Shown here: in pieces, positions 1-8,544 of the stretch
Layout: each line of letters opens with the position of its first letter
How positions within the stretch are numbered: the stretch's first letter is position 1
Made by a program: the position numbers and the translations under genes
NCBI GenBank assembly: GCA_017444165.1
Contig: JAFSXH010000154.1
Span: 1-45,125, forward strand
Source of the DNA: a bacterium
GTDB lineage: Bacteria > Vulcanimicrobiota > Xenobia > Xenobiales > Xenobiaceae
Reading direction: 5' to 3'
Length of the DNA: 45,125 nucleotides
Notes under the pieces: model-generated
What the model was told of the DNA's origin: nothing
Database searches by the model: none
The model's input: the letters and a program-made list of their open reading frames with translations, nothing else

Positions 1-459
1 AGATTACTACCAATAAGCGTATTGTTCTTTGTCGTCTCAATTATCTTCTTCTGCGGAGGTTGTCAGCAGAGGGGCTTGCACGTTGGTACGGTCAACGCTG
101 AAAAGATTATTAGTGAAGATCCTAAGTATATGGAATTGCGTGTGGTTCTTTCCGATGAGCGTCAAAAGTTGTACTCTCAAATTCCTAAGAATGTAAATTC
201 TATGTCGAACACGCAGAAGAAAGCTCTGCAGGAAAAATTAGCTAAAGATGCTGCCGAGCGTTCCGATAAATTTAATAAGCTTTATCGTGAGAGCATGGCA
301 AAATTACAGGAAGATATAAAATCTCATGCTAGTGAAGTGGCTAAGGATAAGGGTTTAGATATAGTAGTCGTCAACACGATGATGAATTATCCTGTAGTTC
401 TTTACAGCAGTGGAGATAATATAACTTTAGATATTTTGTTAAAGATGGGAAATAATTGA
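1..459 (+). CDS. skp: Skp/OmpH-like periplasmic chaperone; 5' end probably lies outside the window
   Basis: The listed ORF 22..459 starts at TTG, but the frame is open back to nt 1. The sequence ..RLLPISVLFFVVSIIFFCGGC.. looks like the end of a signal or lipobox segment. The product is a ~140-aa Lys/Glu/Gln-rich helical protein. It ends 4 nt before an lpxD-type gene, which is the classic skp-lpxD arrangement. Confidence 0.6.
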   Translation, partial: RLLPISVLFFVVSIIFFCGGCQQRGLHVGTVNAEKIISEDPKYMELRVVLSDERQKLYSQIPKNVNSMSNTQKKALQEKLAKDAAERSDKFNKLYRESMAKLQEDIKSHASEVAKDKGLDIVVVNTMMNYPVVLYSSGDNITLDILLKMGNN

Positions 460-463
460 TCCT

Positions 464-1168
464 ATGGCTAAAAATATTCATGCTACGGCTGTTGTCAGCG
501 ATGATGTTGTTTTGGCGGATGATGTCGTTATTGGAGCTTGCTCTGTCATAGAATCAGGAGTTGAGATTGGCGCAAAGACTGATATTGGGGCTAGAGTGTA
601 CATCGGTCCCAATGTTAAGATTGGTGAAGGTGTAGTTATTTATCCTGGTGCGGTCATTTTAGAGGGAACTGAGATCGGCGATAAAGCCGTTATCCATTCA
701 GAAGTTGTCTTGGGTATGGATGGTTTTGGTTACGTCTTCGATGGTCAGGAACATCGCAAGATTCCTCAAGTAGGCAACGTGGTTATCGGAGCAGGGGCTA
801 CTATTGGAGCTGGTTCTTGTATCGACAGAGCGACTACGGCTTCTACGGTTGTGGGTCAAGGTTCACAGATCGGCAAGATGGTGATGATCGGTCACAATAG
901 TCGTGTAGGCGAAAATACGCTAGTGGGTGATCAAACTGGTATGACTGGCTCTTCCATAGTTGGTAATGATTGTCAAATAGGTTATCAATGCGGAGTCGGT
1001 GTGCGTGTAGAGATGGGAGATGGTTGTGTCCTTCTAGATAGAGGGGCGGCCATGCGTAAGTATCCTGCGGGCCAAGTCTTAGCTGGTTTCCCTGCTCGTC
1101 CAGTAGAAGAAGTGCGTAAGGTTGAAGCGGCTTTGAATCTTCTGCCTAAACTTTTAGAAAAACATTGA
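464..1168 (+). CDS. lpxD: UDP-3-O-acylglucosamine N-acyltransferase (LpxD-type) lacking the N-terminal uridine-binding domain
   Basis: Hexapeptide-repeat beta-helix from residue 1. LpxD-specific GMDGFGY loop, KIPQVGNVVIG, IDRATT, catalytic-His context MIGHNSRVGENTLVG, and a C-terminal helix. Only 234 aa, versus about 340 for canonical LpxD. Confidence 0.75.
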   Translation: MAKNIHATAVVSDDVVLADDVVIGACSVIESGVEIGAKTDIGARVYIGPNVKIGEGVVIYPGAVILEGTEIGDKAVIHSEVVLGMDGFGYVFDGQEHRKIPQVGNVVIGAGATIGAGSCIDRATTASTVVGQGSQIGKMVMIGHNSRVGENTLVGDQTGMTGSSIVGNDCQIGYQCGVGVRVEMGDGCVLLDRGAAMRKYPAGQVLAGFPARPVEEVRKVEAALNLLPKLLEKH

Positions 1169-1188
1169 ACAATGTAGATAATAAATTT

Positions 1189-1223
1189 AACTGGTCGTTG
1201 ATTAGCGGTCAGTTGTTTTTTTT
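1189..1223 (+). terminator. Rho-independent terminator after the short lpxD
   Basis: A 9-bp stem (aactggtcg / cggtcagtt, two G-U pairs) with an 8-nt loop, followed by gtttttttt. Confidence 0.6.
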
Positions 1224-1229
1224 GTAGAT

Positions 1230-3032
1230 GTGTTTATGAAAAGATTATCTTTATTTATTTTTATACTTTGTCTTTTTATAGTCGGTCAGTTTTCTCTAGC
1301 GGCTGAAGTTGTTATGGGTGGAAGGGTTATCTTCGAGATAAAAAATGAGGAGCAAGCTCAGAGGATATCTCAAAGGATAGAATCGCTTTTGCAGAGTGGA
1401 GCTTCACCAGAAAAGATAAAGGTCGTACGTAAAGAGGTCGTCTTAAAAAAATCTGGCGATAAGGACAAAGGCAAGAAGAGTACGGTTTTTAGCATCTATT
1501 GGGGCAAAGATTTAATAGTTGATGTCACTCACGATATGGCTGTCAAAGCGGGTGGTACGGCTGAATCTGTGGCCCATAAGTGGGCAGATACCCTGCGTAG
1601 CGTAGCCGAGATCGGTCTATTTAATATCGACACTGAGAGGATCGTCTGTCCTATAGAAGCTGACAAAGTTATTAACATCAGTGGTCTGAGTACAGCTCCC
1701 TTAAAAGTAGAAGATCCTTCAGGGTTAGTGGAAATAGAGATCAGTGATGACTGTCAGAAAGTATATTTGAAGGCTAAGAGAGTCGGCAAGACTACGCTCA
1801 AGCTGACTCGTGGTATGCTCTCGCGTACCGTCTTTATTTGGGTTAAAGATTGGGCGGGCAAGTTGCCTAAGGTGGTTAATGCTGAAGTTACAGGCGATCC
1901 CGCTATGGCGGGGGCTGTTTCCCAAGCGGTTATGCTCTCTATTATCTCTAATACAGATGTCAAACCTGGCTGTAGTGTCTATTTAGGTGAATTTGATTTT
2001 GCCCCAGTGGCTGTACCTAGTGGTGACAGTATGCGTCTGATGGTTCCCATGGGCATTAATGCTACTGAAGATTACTTCCCTGTAAAGGGTACGGTCAACG
2101 TCTTAATCAATAACGTGCCTATAGAGAAGGTTGAACACAATCTTTTGCTAGTGAGCAATCGCCCCGAAAGGGTAGATAAAGATGGGATTTTGCTCCGCTA
2201 CAGTTTCAAAAAGAATGAACCGACCAGGCTCATGTATTCTCACTTAAATGCTTCTGAAGGTAAGCGGCGCAATTTGTGGGTAAATCTCATTAATTACGAT
2301 GAAGAACCCGTCAAGATTGCTATTGGCAGTACGTACGCTGGTCCTGAACGCAGTGAAATATATGTAGGCCAGACTTCGGCCAAACGTTTTTTAGAAAACT
2401 TATCGGCTAATTCAGGATACATTATAACTTTGGGGGCCAATTCGGCTATTGAGCTGGCTTGTCATGATATGCGCCCTGAAGATTTAGTGAGCGGTTTTAT
2501 CAATTTTCAGATTCTTGAAGGTGTAGGGGCTACGGTTGAAGTGCGCACCGCTCTAGCTCCGTCTAATAACGATGGCAGAGTTATGCCCGATATAGGAGCT
2601 CCCTTTAATCCTTTCAAAATTCATCCTCATGGAGTTTTTGCCCAGCCTTATTTTGAAAATGATGGCGAATTTACTGTAGGCGATGAACCTTTAACTTTCA
2701 TTTATGGAGAGAGTCCTTGGCTGATCGATTTTGAAACTGGTCTGCCCAATACTGGTAATTTTGGAGTTTTGTATAAGTCGCTGGTGGAATTGAAAAATCC
2801 CACGCGTTCAACTCGAGTTGTAGGATTATACTTCACCCCCTTATCTGGCCCTGGTGGAGCTAACTTTTTGATCGGCAATAAGGTTTATCAGGCTGTCTTT
2901 CGCAAAAAAGGCGATGAGGTCTTAGTTGCCAAGATTGAGTTGCCCCCTGAGTCGAGTAATGTTATTGAGATTATTACTTTGCCAGAAGCGACCTCTTGTT
3001 ATCCCGCGCAATATCAATTGAGAGAGTTGTGA
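1230..3032 (+). CDS. Secreted protein of unknown function (about 600 aa), possibly with an Ig-like (Big_2-type) segment
   Basis: Long ORF with a GTG at 1230 and an ATG at 1236. Signal peptide MKRLSLFIFILCLFIVGQFSLAAE. The stretch VEIEISDDCQKVYLKAKRVGKTTLKLTRG resembles bacterial Ig-like domains. The stop lies 1 nt before the lpxC start. I recognise no family for the rest of the protein. Confidence 0.8.
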   Translation: MFMKRLSLFIFILCLFIVGQFSLAAEVVMGGRVIFEIKNEEQAQRISQRIESLLQSGASPEKIKVVRKEVVLKKSGDKDKGKKSTVFSIYWGKDLIVDVTHDMAVKAGGTAESVAHKWADTLRSVAEIGLFNIDTERIVCPIEADKVINISGLSTAPLKVEDPSGLVEIEISDDCQKVYLKAKRVGKTTLKLTRGMLSRTVFIWVKDWAGKLPKVVNAEVTGDPAMAGAVSQAVMLSIISNTDVKPGCSVYLGEFDFAPVAVPSGDSMRLMVPMGINATEDYFPVKGTVNVLINNVPIEKVEHNLLLVSNRPERVDKDGILLRYSFKKNEPTRLMYSHLNASEGKRRNLWVNLINYDEEPVKIAIGSTYAGPERSEIYVGQTSAKRFLENLSANSGYIITLGANSAIELACHDMRPEDLVSGFINFQILEGVGATVEVRTALAPSNNDGRVMPDIGAPFNPFKIHPHGVFAQPYFENDGEFTVGDEPLTFIYGESPWLIDFETGLPNTGNFGVLYKSLVELKNPTRSTRVVGLYFTPLSGPGGANFLIGNKVYQAVFRKKGDEVLVAKIELPPESSNVIEIITLPEATSCYPAQYQLREL

Positions 3033-3033
3033 T

Positions 3034-3864
3034 ATGTGCAGAAAACAGAATACTTTAAATAATAAGATAACCTTTATAGGTGTAGGCATCCACAGTGGCT
3101 GCAGAGCTGAAATGGTTGTTAAACCAGCTTCTGTTGATCACGGTATAGTATTTAAAAGTGCTGGGGAGTTGATCGAGGCATCCTATAAAAATGTCGTCTC
3201 TACCAAAAGATCGACAGTTTTGGGTAAAAATGGAATCCAAGTTTCGACTGTTGAACATTTTATGGCTGCTCTGTGGGCTTGTGAGATCGACAATGCTTTA
3301 ATTGAAATTGATGGGCCTGAGGTTCCTATTTTGGATGGTTCAGCTCTGCCATTTTGTCAAGAATTAAAAAAAGTTGGAGTCGTTTCACAAGATAAAGTCG
3401 CTACTGAAAGTTTTTGTCTGCAAGAACCTATCTTCGTCTCTGAAGGTGAGAGTTTGATCTTGGCTAGACCCGCCTCTAAATTAATTTTGGAGAGCGATGT
3501 AACTTATAAAAGTCCTCAAGTTGGCCACCAAATTTTCTCTTTCTGTGGTACGGGGGAAGAGTTTTGTACAGCTGTTGCTCCAGCCCGCACTTTTGGATTT
3601 TGGGCTGAAGTTAAAGATTTATTGGCTAATAATTTGGGTAAAGGCGGCAATTTAGATAACGCTCTGATCTTTGATCGTCCAGGTTTTAATCCTCAAAGTA
3701 TCTTGCGTTATGACAATGAGCCAGTGCGCCATAAAATGTTGGATCTTGCTGGTGATCTCAATCTTTTGGGAGTTCCAGTTAAGGCTCACATTTTAGCTAT
3801 AAGGGCTGGCCATAAATTGCACGTTGAATTTGTACGCAAAGTTGCCGAGGTGATAAACAGATGA
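3034..3864 (+). CDS. lpxC: UDP-3-O-acyl-N-acetylglucosamine deacetylase
   Basis: Motifs GVGIHSG, TVEHFMAAL, EIDGPEVPILDGSALPF, HKMLDLAGDL and GHKLH. Length 276 aa. Located within the lpx cluster. Confidence 0.95.
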   Translation: MCRKQNTLNNKITFIGVGIHSGCRAEMVVKPASVDHGIVFKSAGELIEASYKNVVSTKRSTVLGKNGIQVSTVEHFMAALWACEIDNALIEIDGPEVPILDGSALPFCQELKKVGVVSQDKVATESFCLQEPIFVSEGESLILARPASKLILESDVTYKSPQVGHQIFSFCGTGEEFCTAVAPARTFGFWAEVKDLLANNLGKGGNLDNALIFDRPGFNPQSILRYDNEPVRHKMLDLAGDLNLLGVPVKAHILAIRAGHKLHVEFVRKVAEVINR

Positions 3865-4229
3865 TCGATATTAAAGAGACTGCCTTTGTTGATAAAGTGG
3901 AAAATTTGGCTTTTCCTGTTGCTGAAGGGTACAAAAATATTACTGTAAATGAGCCGTATTTTGTGGGCCATTTTCCTGGTAATCCCATTATGCCAGGTGT
4001 TTTGCAGTTAGAGGCCTTGGTGGAGTTGGCCTGGTTCTTGTATGATTCTAAAGTGGAAATGGTTAAGGTAGTGCGTTTGAAATTTAGAAGGCCTGTGCGT
4101 CCTGGGGATCGCCTCGATCTCCATGTGGAAGAGACTGAACGTCAGGAAGATGTGGTTAGTGTAGCTGTGCGAGCTTCTGTGGATGGCGAGACTTCTTGTG
4201 AAGGTCTTGTACAATTTAAGCTAATGTAG
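3861..4229 (+). CDS. fabZ: 3-hydroxyacyl-ACP dehydratase FabZ (short N-terminus)
   Basis: NEPYFVGHFPGNPIMPGVLQLEAL hot-dog active-site motif. The ATGA overlap with the lpxC stop indicates translational coupling. Confidence 0.9.
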   Translation: MIDIKETAFVDKVENLAFPVAEGYKNITVNEPYFVGHFPGNPIMPGVLQLEALVELAWFLYDSKVEMVKVVRLKFRRPVRPGDRLDLHVEETERQEDVVSVAVRASVDGETSCEGLVQFKLM

Positions 4230-4281
4230 GAAAAAGAATCCTAGCTACGAAAAATGCGGAATCAATTGAGAGGAGTAGAGT

Positions 4282-5223
4282 ATGGAGCCAGTACGGGTTG
4301 GGGTTATAGGTGTTGGAAGTATGGGCAAAAACCATGCGCGTGTGTGTGCATCTTTGCCTCAAATGGAACTAGTAGGCCTAGTTGATGTAGATGAGGCTAG
4401 AGTTCGTCCGATAGCGGAAGGTTACAATACCAATTATTATAGTGATTATCGAGAACTTTACGACAAAGTTGATGCCGTAGTGATCGTTTCACCTACCCCG
4501 CTCCATTATGAGATAGCTGCCGATTTTCTCCAACGCGATATACACGTCTTAGTAGAGAAGCCAATAACTGTCGATGTCGACCAGGCAAAAGGTCTGGTGG
4601 AGTTAGCTAAAGATCATCATTTGATCCTACAAGTAGGCCATTTAGAGAGATTTAATCCTGCCGTCATTAAGATGAAGAAGATCTTAGAAGAGCCGATGTT
4701 GATCGAATGTCATCGTCTCTCTGGTCCTACGACTCGAAATTTGGATGTAGGTATAATTTGGGATCTGATGATCCACGATTTTGATATACTTTTGAGCCTT
4801 TTAAAGTCGCCTGTGGCTTACGTACATGCTTTAGGAACGAGTGTTTACTCTCCCTTTGAGGATATTGCTCATGTGCAGATGCGCTTTAAAAACGGAGCCA
4901 TGGCTAGTTTAGTAGCCAGTCGCAATTCAGGTGAACGCAAGCGCAGTTTAAAGATTACCGAAAAGACGGGGCGCGTCTTGATGTTAGATTTTATTGAACA
5001 AAGTTTGACTATTTCTAGTCCTGGCCCCGATGGTCGTCCTTTGGATCCTGTGTCGGTACATATTGATAAAGAAGAACCTTTAGTTTTAGAACTGAAAAAT
5101 TTTGCTGAGTGTGTAGCTTTGCATAAGAAGCCATTAGTTTCTGGAGAAGATGGCAAGAGAGCTTTGGAATTAGCTATGCACGTTTTGAAAAATATGGACA
5201 TGAGAGAGGAGAAGCAGAGATGA
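4282..5223 (+). CDS. Gfo/Idh/MocA-family NAD(P)-dependent oxidoreductase (GnnA-like candidate)
   Basis: N-terminal Rossmann motif VGVIGVGSMGKNHA and the EKP motif (LVEKPITV). Length 313 aa. The stop overlaps the lpxA start (ATGA). Confidence 0.85.
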   Translation: MEPVRVGVIGVGSMGKNHARVCASLPQMELVGLVDVDEARVRPIAEGYNTNYYSDYRELYDKVDAVVIVSPTPLHYEIAADFLQRDIHVLVEKPITVDVDQAKGLVELAKDHHLILQVGHLERFNPAVIKMKKILEEPMLIECHRLSGPTTRNLDVGIIWDLMIHDFDILLSLLKSPVAYVHALGTSVYSPFEDIAHVQMRFKNGAMASLVASRNSGERKRSLKITEKTGRVLMLDFIEQSLTISSPGPDGRPLDPVSVHIDKEEPLVLELKNFAECVALHKKPLVSGEDGKRALELAMHVLKNMDMREEKQR

Positions 5224-6029
5224 TTCATCCTACTGCGGTTGTACATCCTAAGGCTAATATAGGTGAAGGTGTCAATATAGGTCCATTTTCAGTTATAGGT
5301 GAAAACGTAACCATAGGTGAGGGTACTGAGGTTATGTCCTCGGTGATTATTGATGGTTGGACTACTATTGGCAAAAACAACAGGATTTATCATGGGGCGA
5401 GTATAGGTTTAGCTCCTCAGGATTTCAGTTACAAGGGACAGCGGGCCTTTGTGGAGATCGGCGATAACAACGATATTCGTGAATATGTCACTATTCACCG
5501 AGCTGCCAATGAAGATGGTTTAACATATGTTGGCAGTGATAATCTCTTGATGGCTTATGTCCATGTAGCCCACAATTGCCACGTGGGCAATCAGGTCACT
5601 ATCGCCAATTACGCTGGTATGGCTGGACATACTGTAGTGGAAGATCAGGCTGTTTTGGGTGGTTTGGTCGGTATACATCAGCATACGCGCATAGGTAGGT
5701 TATGTATGATTGGTGGCTGTTCTAAGATAAATAAGGACATACCGCCTTTTAGTATAGTTGATGGCAATCCTTGTAGAATCTTCGGTATGAACTTCCGCGG
5801 TATGCGCCGACGCGGTATCGATCAGAAGAGTCGTTTGGCGGTGCAGACTGCTATTACCATTTTGGGCAGTCGCGGCTTGAACATTGATGAAGCCGTAGAG
5901 ACTATTTTGCGCGAGGTGGAGCAGACTCCAGAGGTTGTTCATTTGGTAGAGTTTATTAAAGGTTCTTCGCGTATGGGTATTCTCAATAAGGGCTGTGGTG
6001 TTGGTATTAGGGCTGGAGAGAACAATTAA
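5220..6029 (+). CDS. lpxA: Acyl-ACP--UDP-N-acetylglucosamine O-acyltransferase
   Basis: Aligns by eye along its full length with E. coli LpxA: IHPTAVVHP, VEIGDNN.IRE.VTIHR, VGSDNLLMAY.HVAHNC.VGN, GG...HQ and RRRG. Confidence 0.95.
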   Translation: MIHPTAVVHPKANIGEGVNIGPFSVIGENVTIGEGTEVMSSVIIDGWTTIGKNNRIYHGASIGLAPQDFSYKGQRAFVEIGDNNDIREYVTIHRAANEDGLTYVGSDNLLMAYVHVAHNCHVGNQVTIANYAGMAGHTVVEDQAVLGGLVGIHQHTRIGRLCMIGGCSKINKDIPPFSIVDGNPCRIFGMNFRGMRRRGIDQKSRLAVQTAITILGSRGLNIDEAVETILREVEQTPEVVHLVEFIKGSSRMGILNKGCGVGIRAGENN

Positions 6030-6065
6030 GGGTTAGATATCTAGGATTTAGATAGAGAAGGGGAG

Positions 6066-6099
6066 CCCCTCTGATATTTTTAGAGGGGTTCAATTTTTT
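6066..6099 (+). terminator. Rho-independent terminator after lpxA
   Basis: Stem cccctct / agagggg (7 bp) with a 9-nt loop, followed by ttcaatttttt. Confidence 0.6.
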
Positions 6100-6120
6100 G
6101 GACGATTAAGGCTAGTTTAG

Positions 6121-8544
6121 ATGGCGGAAGATAAAAAAAAGTTTTTAGTGGCTTTGACGGCTATCGATCCTTCTGCGGATATGCAGGGAGCGGTTTTAGT
6201 TAAGGCGTTGCGCGAGATAAATCCGAATATCGAGTTTGTCGGAATTGGTGGGCCGCAGATGGCCTCGGCAGGGGTAGATTTATGGCTTAAAACGATAAAT
6301 TCTGCTGTCATTGGGCCTGGTGAAGTTATTGTTCATTTGCCCGTTTATATACTCAATTATTGGAAGATCCGCAATAAACTTTTAGAAGTTCGTCCTGATC
6401 TTACGATCCTCATAGATTCACCTGCTGTCAATATGCGCTTTGCGGGTGTCTTGCGCCGCCATGGTTTAAATAGTGTTTATTATTTCCCACCATCAGCCTG
6501 GAGTAAGAGTGAAAAGCGGTTGCGCGACATCTTTGGACGCACAGATCGCGTTATCTGTGTTTTTGAGAGAAATGCTGAGAGTTATCGATGTTTAGGGATG
6601 GATGTTGATTATTGGGGCCACCCTATGAACGATATGCCTGAATTAAATTATACCCCTGAAGAGGCAAGAAAGAGGCTAGGGGTTGAGGGAGAGATTTTGG
6701 CTCTGCTTCCTGGCAGTCGTCAAGCGGAGATCGATAATTTGTTGCCTGTATTTTTGAAGACTGTGGAAATTTTGCACGCCGAGAGGCCGTCTTTGCAAGT
6801 TTTGATCCCTTGTGCTACTGAAGATCTGTCGGAAAAGATCCGCAGTTTAGTTCCTCAAAGTTGTGATTATATACGTTTAGTGGCGGGACAATCACATTGG
6901 GTGATGTTAGCTAGTCGAGCCGCACTTATGAGTTCGGGGACGGCTAGTTTAGAAGCTATGATGTTCAATTTGCCTATGGTTTTGTGTTATCGTTTTGGTT
7001 TGTTTAACGCCATTTTAGGAAAGTTTCTTTTGGCTACAGGTATATTAAAGGTCGATCATATTGGAGCTCCCAGTTTAATCTTAGATCGTCGCATTACTCC
7101 AGAATTTATTCAGGAGGAAGTTACACCAGAAAATCTAGTTCCCGCTGTACGCCAATATTTAGATGACACACCAGAGAGAAAGCAGATTTTGCAAGATCTG
7201 ACTTGGGCGCGTCAGAGTATGGGAGAGCCTGGAACGGTCAAAAAGATCGCCGCTTCTGTTTATAAACTTGTAGAGAAGTTTCATCAAGAACGTGAAAGTA
7301 AAAATATCGATGTGGTAATTACCTCCAATTCTCCAGGTGAAGTTTCTACTTGGGTAAAGCATACAGTTACAGCTTTAAAAGAGAGGTGTACTTCTGACCG
7401 TCTGCGTGTAGTTGTGGCTTTAGTTCCTTGTCCCTATGCTTCGGGGGCTGAGGAAGATGTGGCCAAGAGTATATCTGGAGTCGATATAGTTTTGACTCCC
7501 AGAGAGACGGTAAAGTTGGCTTTTCTGGGAAAATTGGAAAAGTATACACCTAACCATTTTGGGGTAGTTGTCTTTTTGGGCGGTGATCTTGCTCATGCGG
7601 CCATTCTGTCGTGTCGCTTGCATTACAAATCTATTGCTTATGCAGAACGCCACAATATATTGTTGCCGTTCTTTACACGCCTCTGTTCTGGTAACTTAGA
7701 TCTGCAGAACAGTTTAGTAAAAGATGGATATAAAAATGTAGACTACGTGGGCAACCTCTGTGTAGATGGTGTCAACGAGTGTGTCAAAACTTTTAAACAT
7801 GAGAGATCTGGCAAATGTGTTGGTATCTTTCCAGGATCGCGTTTTTTGCACGTTAAGGTATCTTTAGGTGTATTTTTGCGAGTAGCGGCCAGAATTAAGA
7901 GCTTAATGCCCCAGACGCGTTTTCTTATCTCTGTCTCTCCTTTTGTCTCTCAATTTAAGTTGAAGTCTGCGCTTTTGCGTCCCTTCTCGATGGGGTTGCC
8001 GACAGCAAAAGGTTATATAAAGGATAAAGATACTTTGCAAGTTGAGTGTGAAGATGAGCTCGAAGGATCGGCAGGTCGCTCCTTTGAGGTTGAGATATTT
8101 TGGGGTGAACCTTACAGAGCTATGGCTGAGATAGATATGGCTCTGACTATACCAGGTACGAATACAGGCGAGTTAGCTTGTTGTGGTAAGCCGATGGTGG
8201 TGGGGCTATCTAGTGCCGCTCCCTATCCACGCGGTGGTTTAGGTGGTTTGTTGGATAAGTTGCCAATAATGGAGAGCATTAAAAAATACCTGCGTCACAA
8301 GTCATACTTGCGTCAGGGATTTGCCGCTCAACCGAATCGAGTAGCTCAAAAGATGGTTATACCAGAAATTGTTGTCGGTCGGGATAGTTTAGTTTTGGCA
8401 GAACCAATTTTAGAATGGTTGAAAGATGAAGATAAGTGTCTGGCTAAAGGACGAGAGTTAAGTGAACTTATGGGCAATCTCAACGAGGCGGGGAGTAATA
8501 TTGCTAAAACGATATTGAATGTTTTGAATTTGAATGATGAGTAA
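6121..8544 (+). CDS. lpxB: Lipid-A-disaccharide synthase fused to a second LpxB-like (GT19-type) domain
   Basis: Residues 1 to ~385 look like canonical LpxB (SADMQGA.L...L, IDSPAVN, YYFPPSAW, LLPGSRQAEI, SGTASLEAM). Residues ~395-807 form a second domain with SNSPGEVSTW, IFPGSRFLHV and IPGTNTGELA, resembling LpxB-related proteins. Total length is 807 aa versus about 380 for LpxB. Confidence 0.85.
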   Translation: MAEDKKKFLVALTAIDPSADMQGAVLVKALREINPNIEFVGIGGPQMASAGVDLWLKTINSAVIGPGEVIVHLPVYILNYWKIRNKLLEVRPDLTILIDSPAVNMRFAGVLRRHGLNSVYYFPPSAWSKSEKRLRDIFGRTDRVICVFERNAESYRCLGMDVDYWGHPMNDMPELNYTPEEARKRLGVEGEILALLPGSRQAEIDNLLPVFLKTVEILHAERPSLQVLIPCATEDLSEKIRSLVPQSCDYIRLVAGQSHWVMLASRAALMSSGTASLEAMMFNLPMVLCYRFGLFNAILGKFLLATGILKVDHIGAPSLILDRRITPEFIQEEVTPENLVPAVRQYLDDTPERKQILQDLTWARQSMGEPGTVKKIAASVYKLVEKFHQERESKNIDVVITSNSPGEVSTWVKHTVTALKERCTSDRLRVVVALVPCPYASGAEEDVAKSISGVDIVLTPRETVKLAFLGKLEKYTPNHFGVVVFLGGDLAHAAILSCRLHYKSIAYAERHNILLPFFTRLCSGNLDLQNSLVKDGYKNVDYVGNLCVDGVNECVKTFKHERSGKCVGIFPGSRFLHVKVSLGVFLRVAARIKSLMPQTRFLISVSPFVSQFKLKSALLRPFSMGLPTAKGYIKDKDTLQVECEDELEGSAGRSFEVEIFWGEPYRAMAEIDMALTIPGTNTGELACCGKPMVVGLSSAAPYPRGGLGGLLDKLPIMESIKKYLRHKSYLRQGFAAQPNRVAQKMVIPEIVVGRDSLVLAEPILEWLKDEDKCLAKGRELSELMGNLNEAGSNIAKTILNVLNLNDE

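Noticed and set aside
1725-1963. Short ORFs antisense to, or out of frame with, long well-supported CDS. Examples: 1725..1925, 1754..1963, 3055..3258, 4869..5246, 5700..5942, 7159..7653, 27811..28210, 30036..31480, 38824..39159, 41421..42868.
   Set aside because: All lie fully inside CDS with strong family-level support on the other strand or frame. Their products are low-complexity, I saw no convincing RBS, and ORFs of this size are expected by chance in a six-frame translation.
1230-3032. The 600-aa secreted protein considered as BamA/Omp85, which often neighbours skp-lpxD or lpxC.
   Set aside because: It has no POTRA-like repeats, no alternating beta-barrel pattern toward the C-terminus and no terminal aromatic residue (it ends ..YQLREL). 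It is also shorter than BamA.
6133-6140. A8 homopolymer in codons 5-7 of the lpxB fusion, considered as a slipped-strand phase-variation switch.
   Set aside because: It simply encodes Lys-Lys-Lys. Eight bases is short for a contingency tract, and lpxB is normally essential. There is no evidence of variation from a single sequence.
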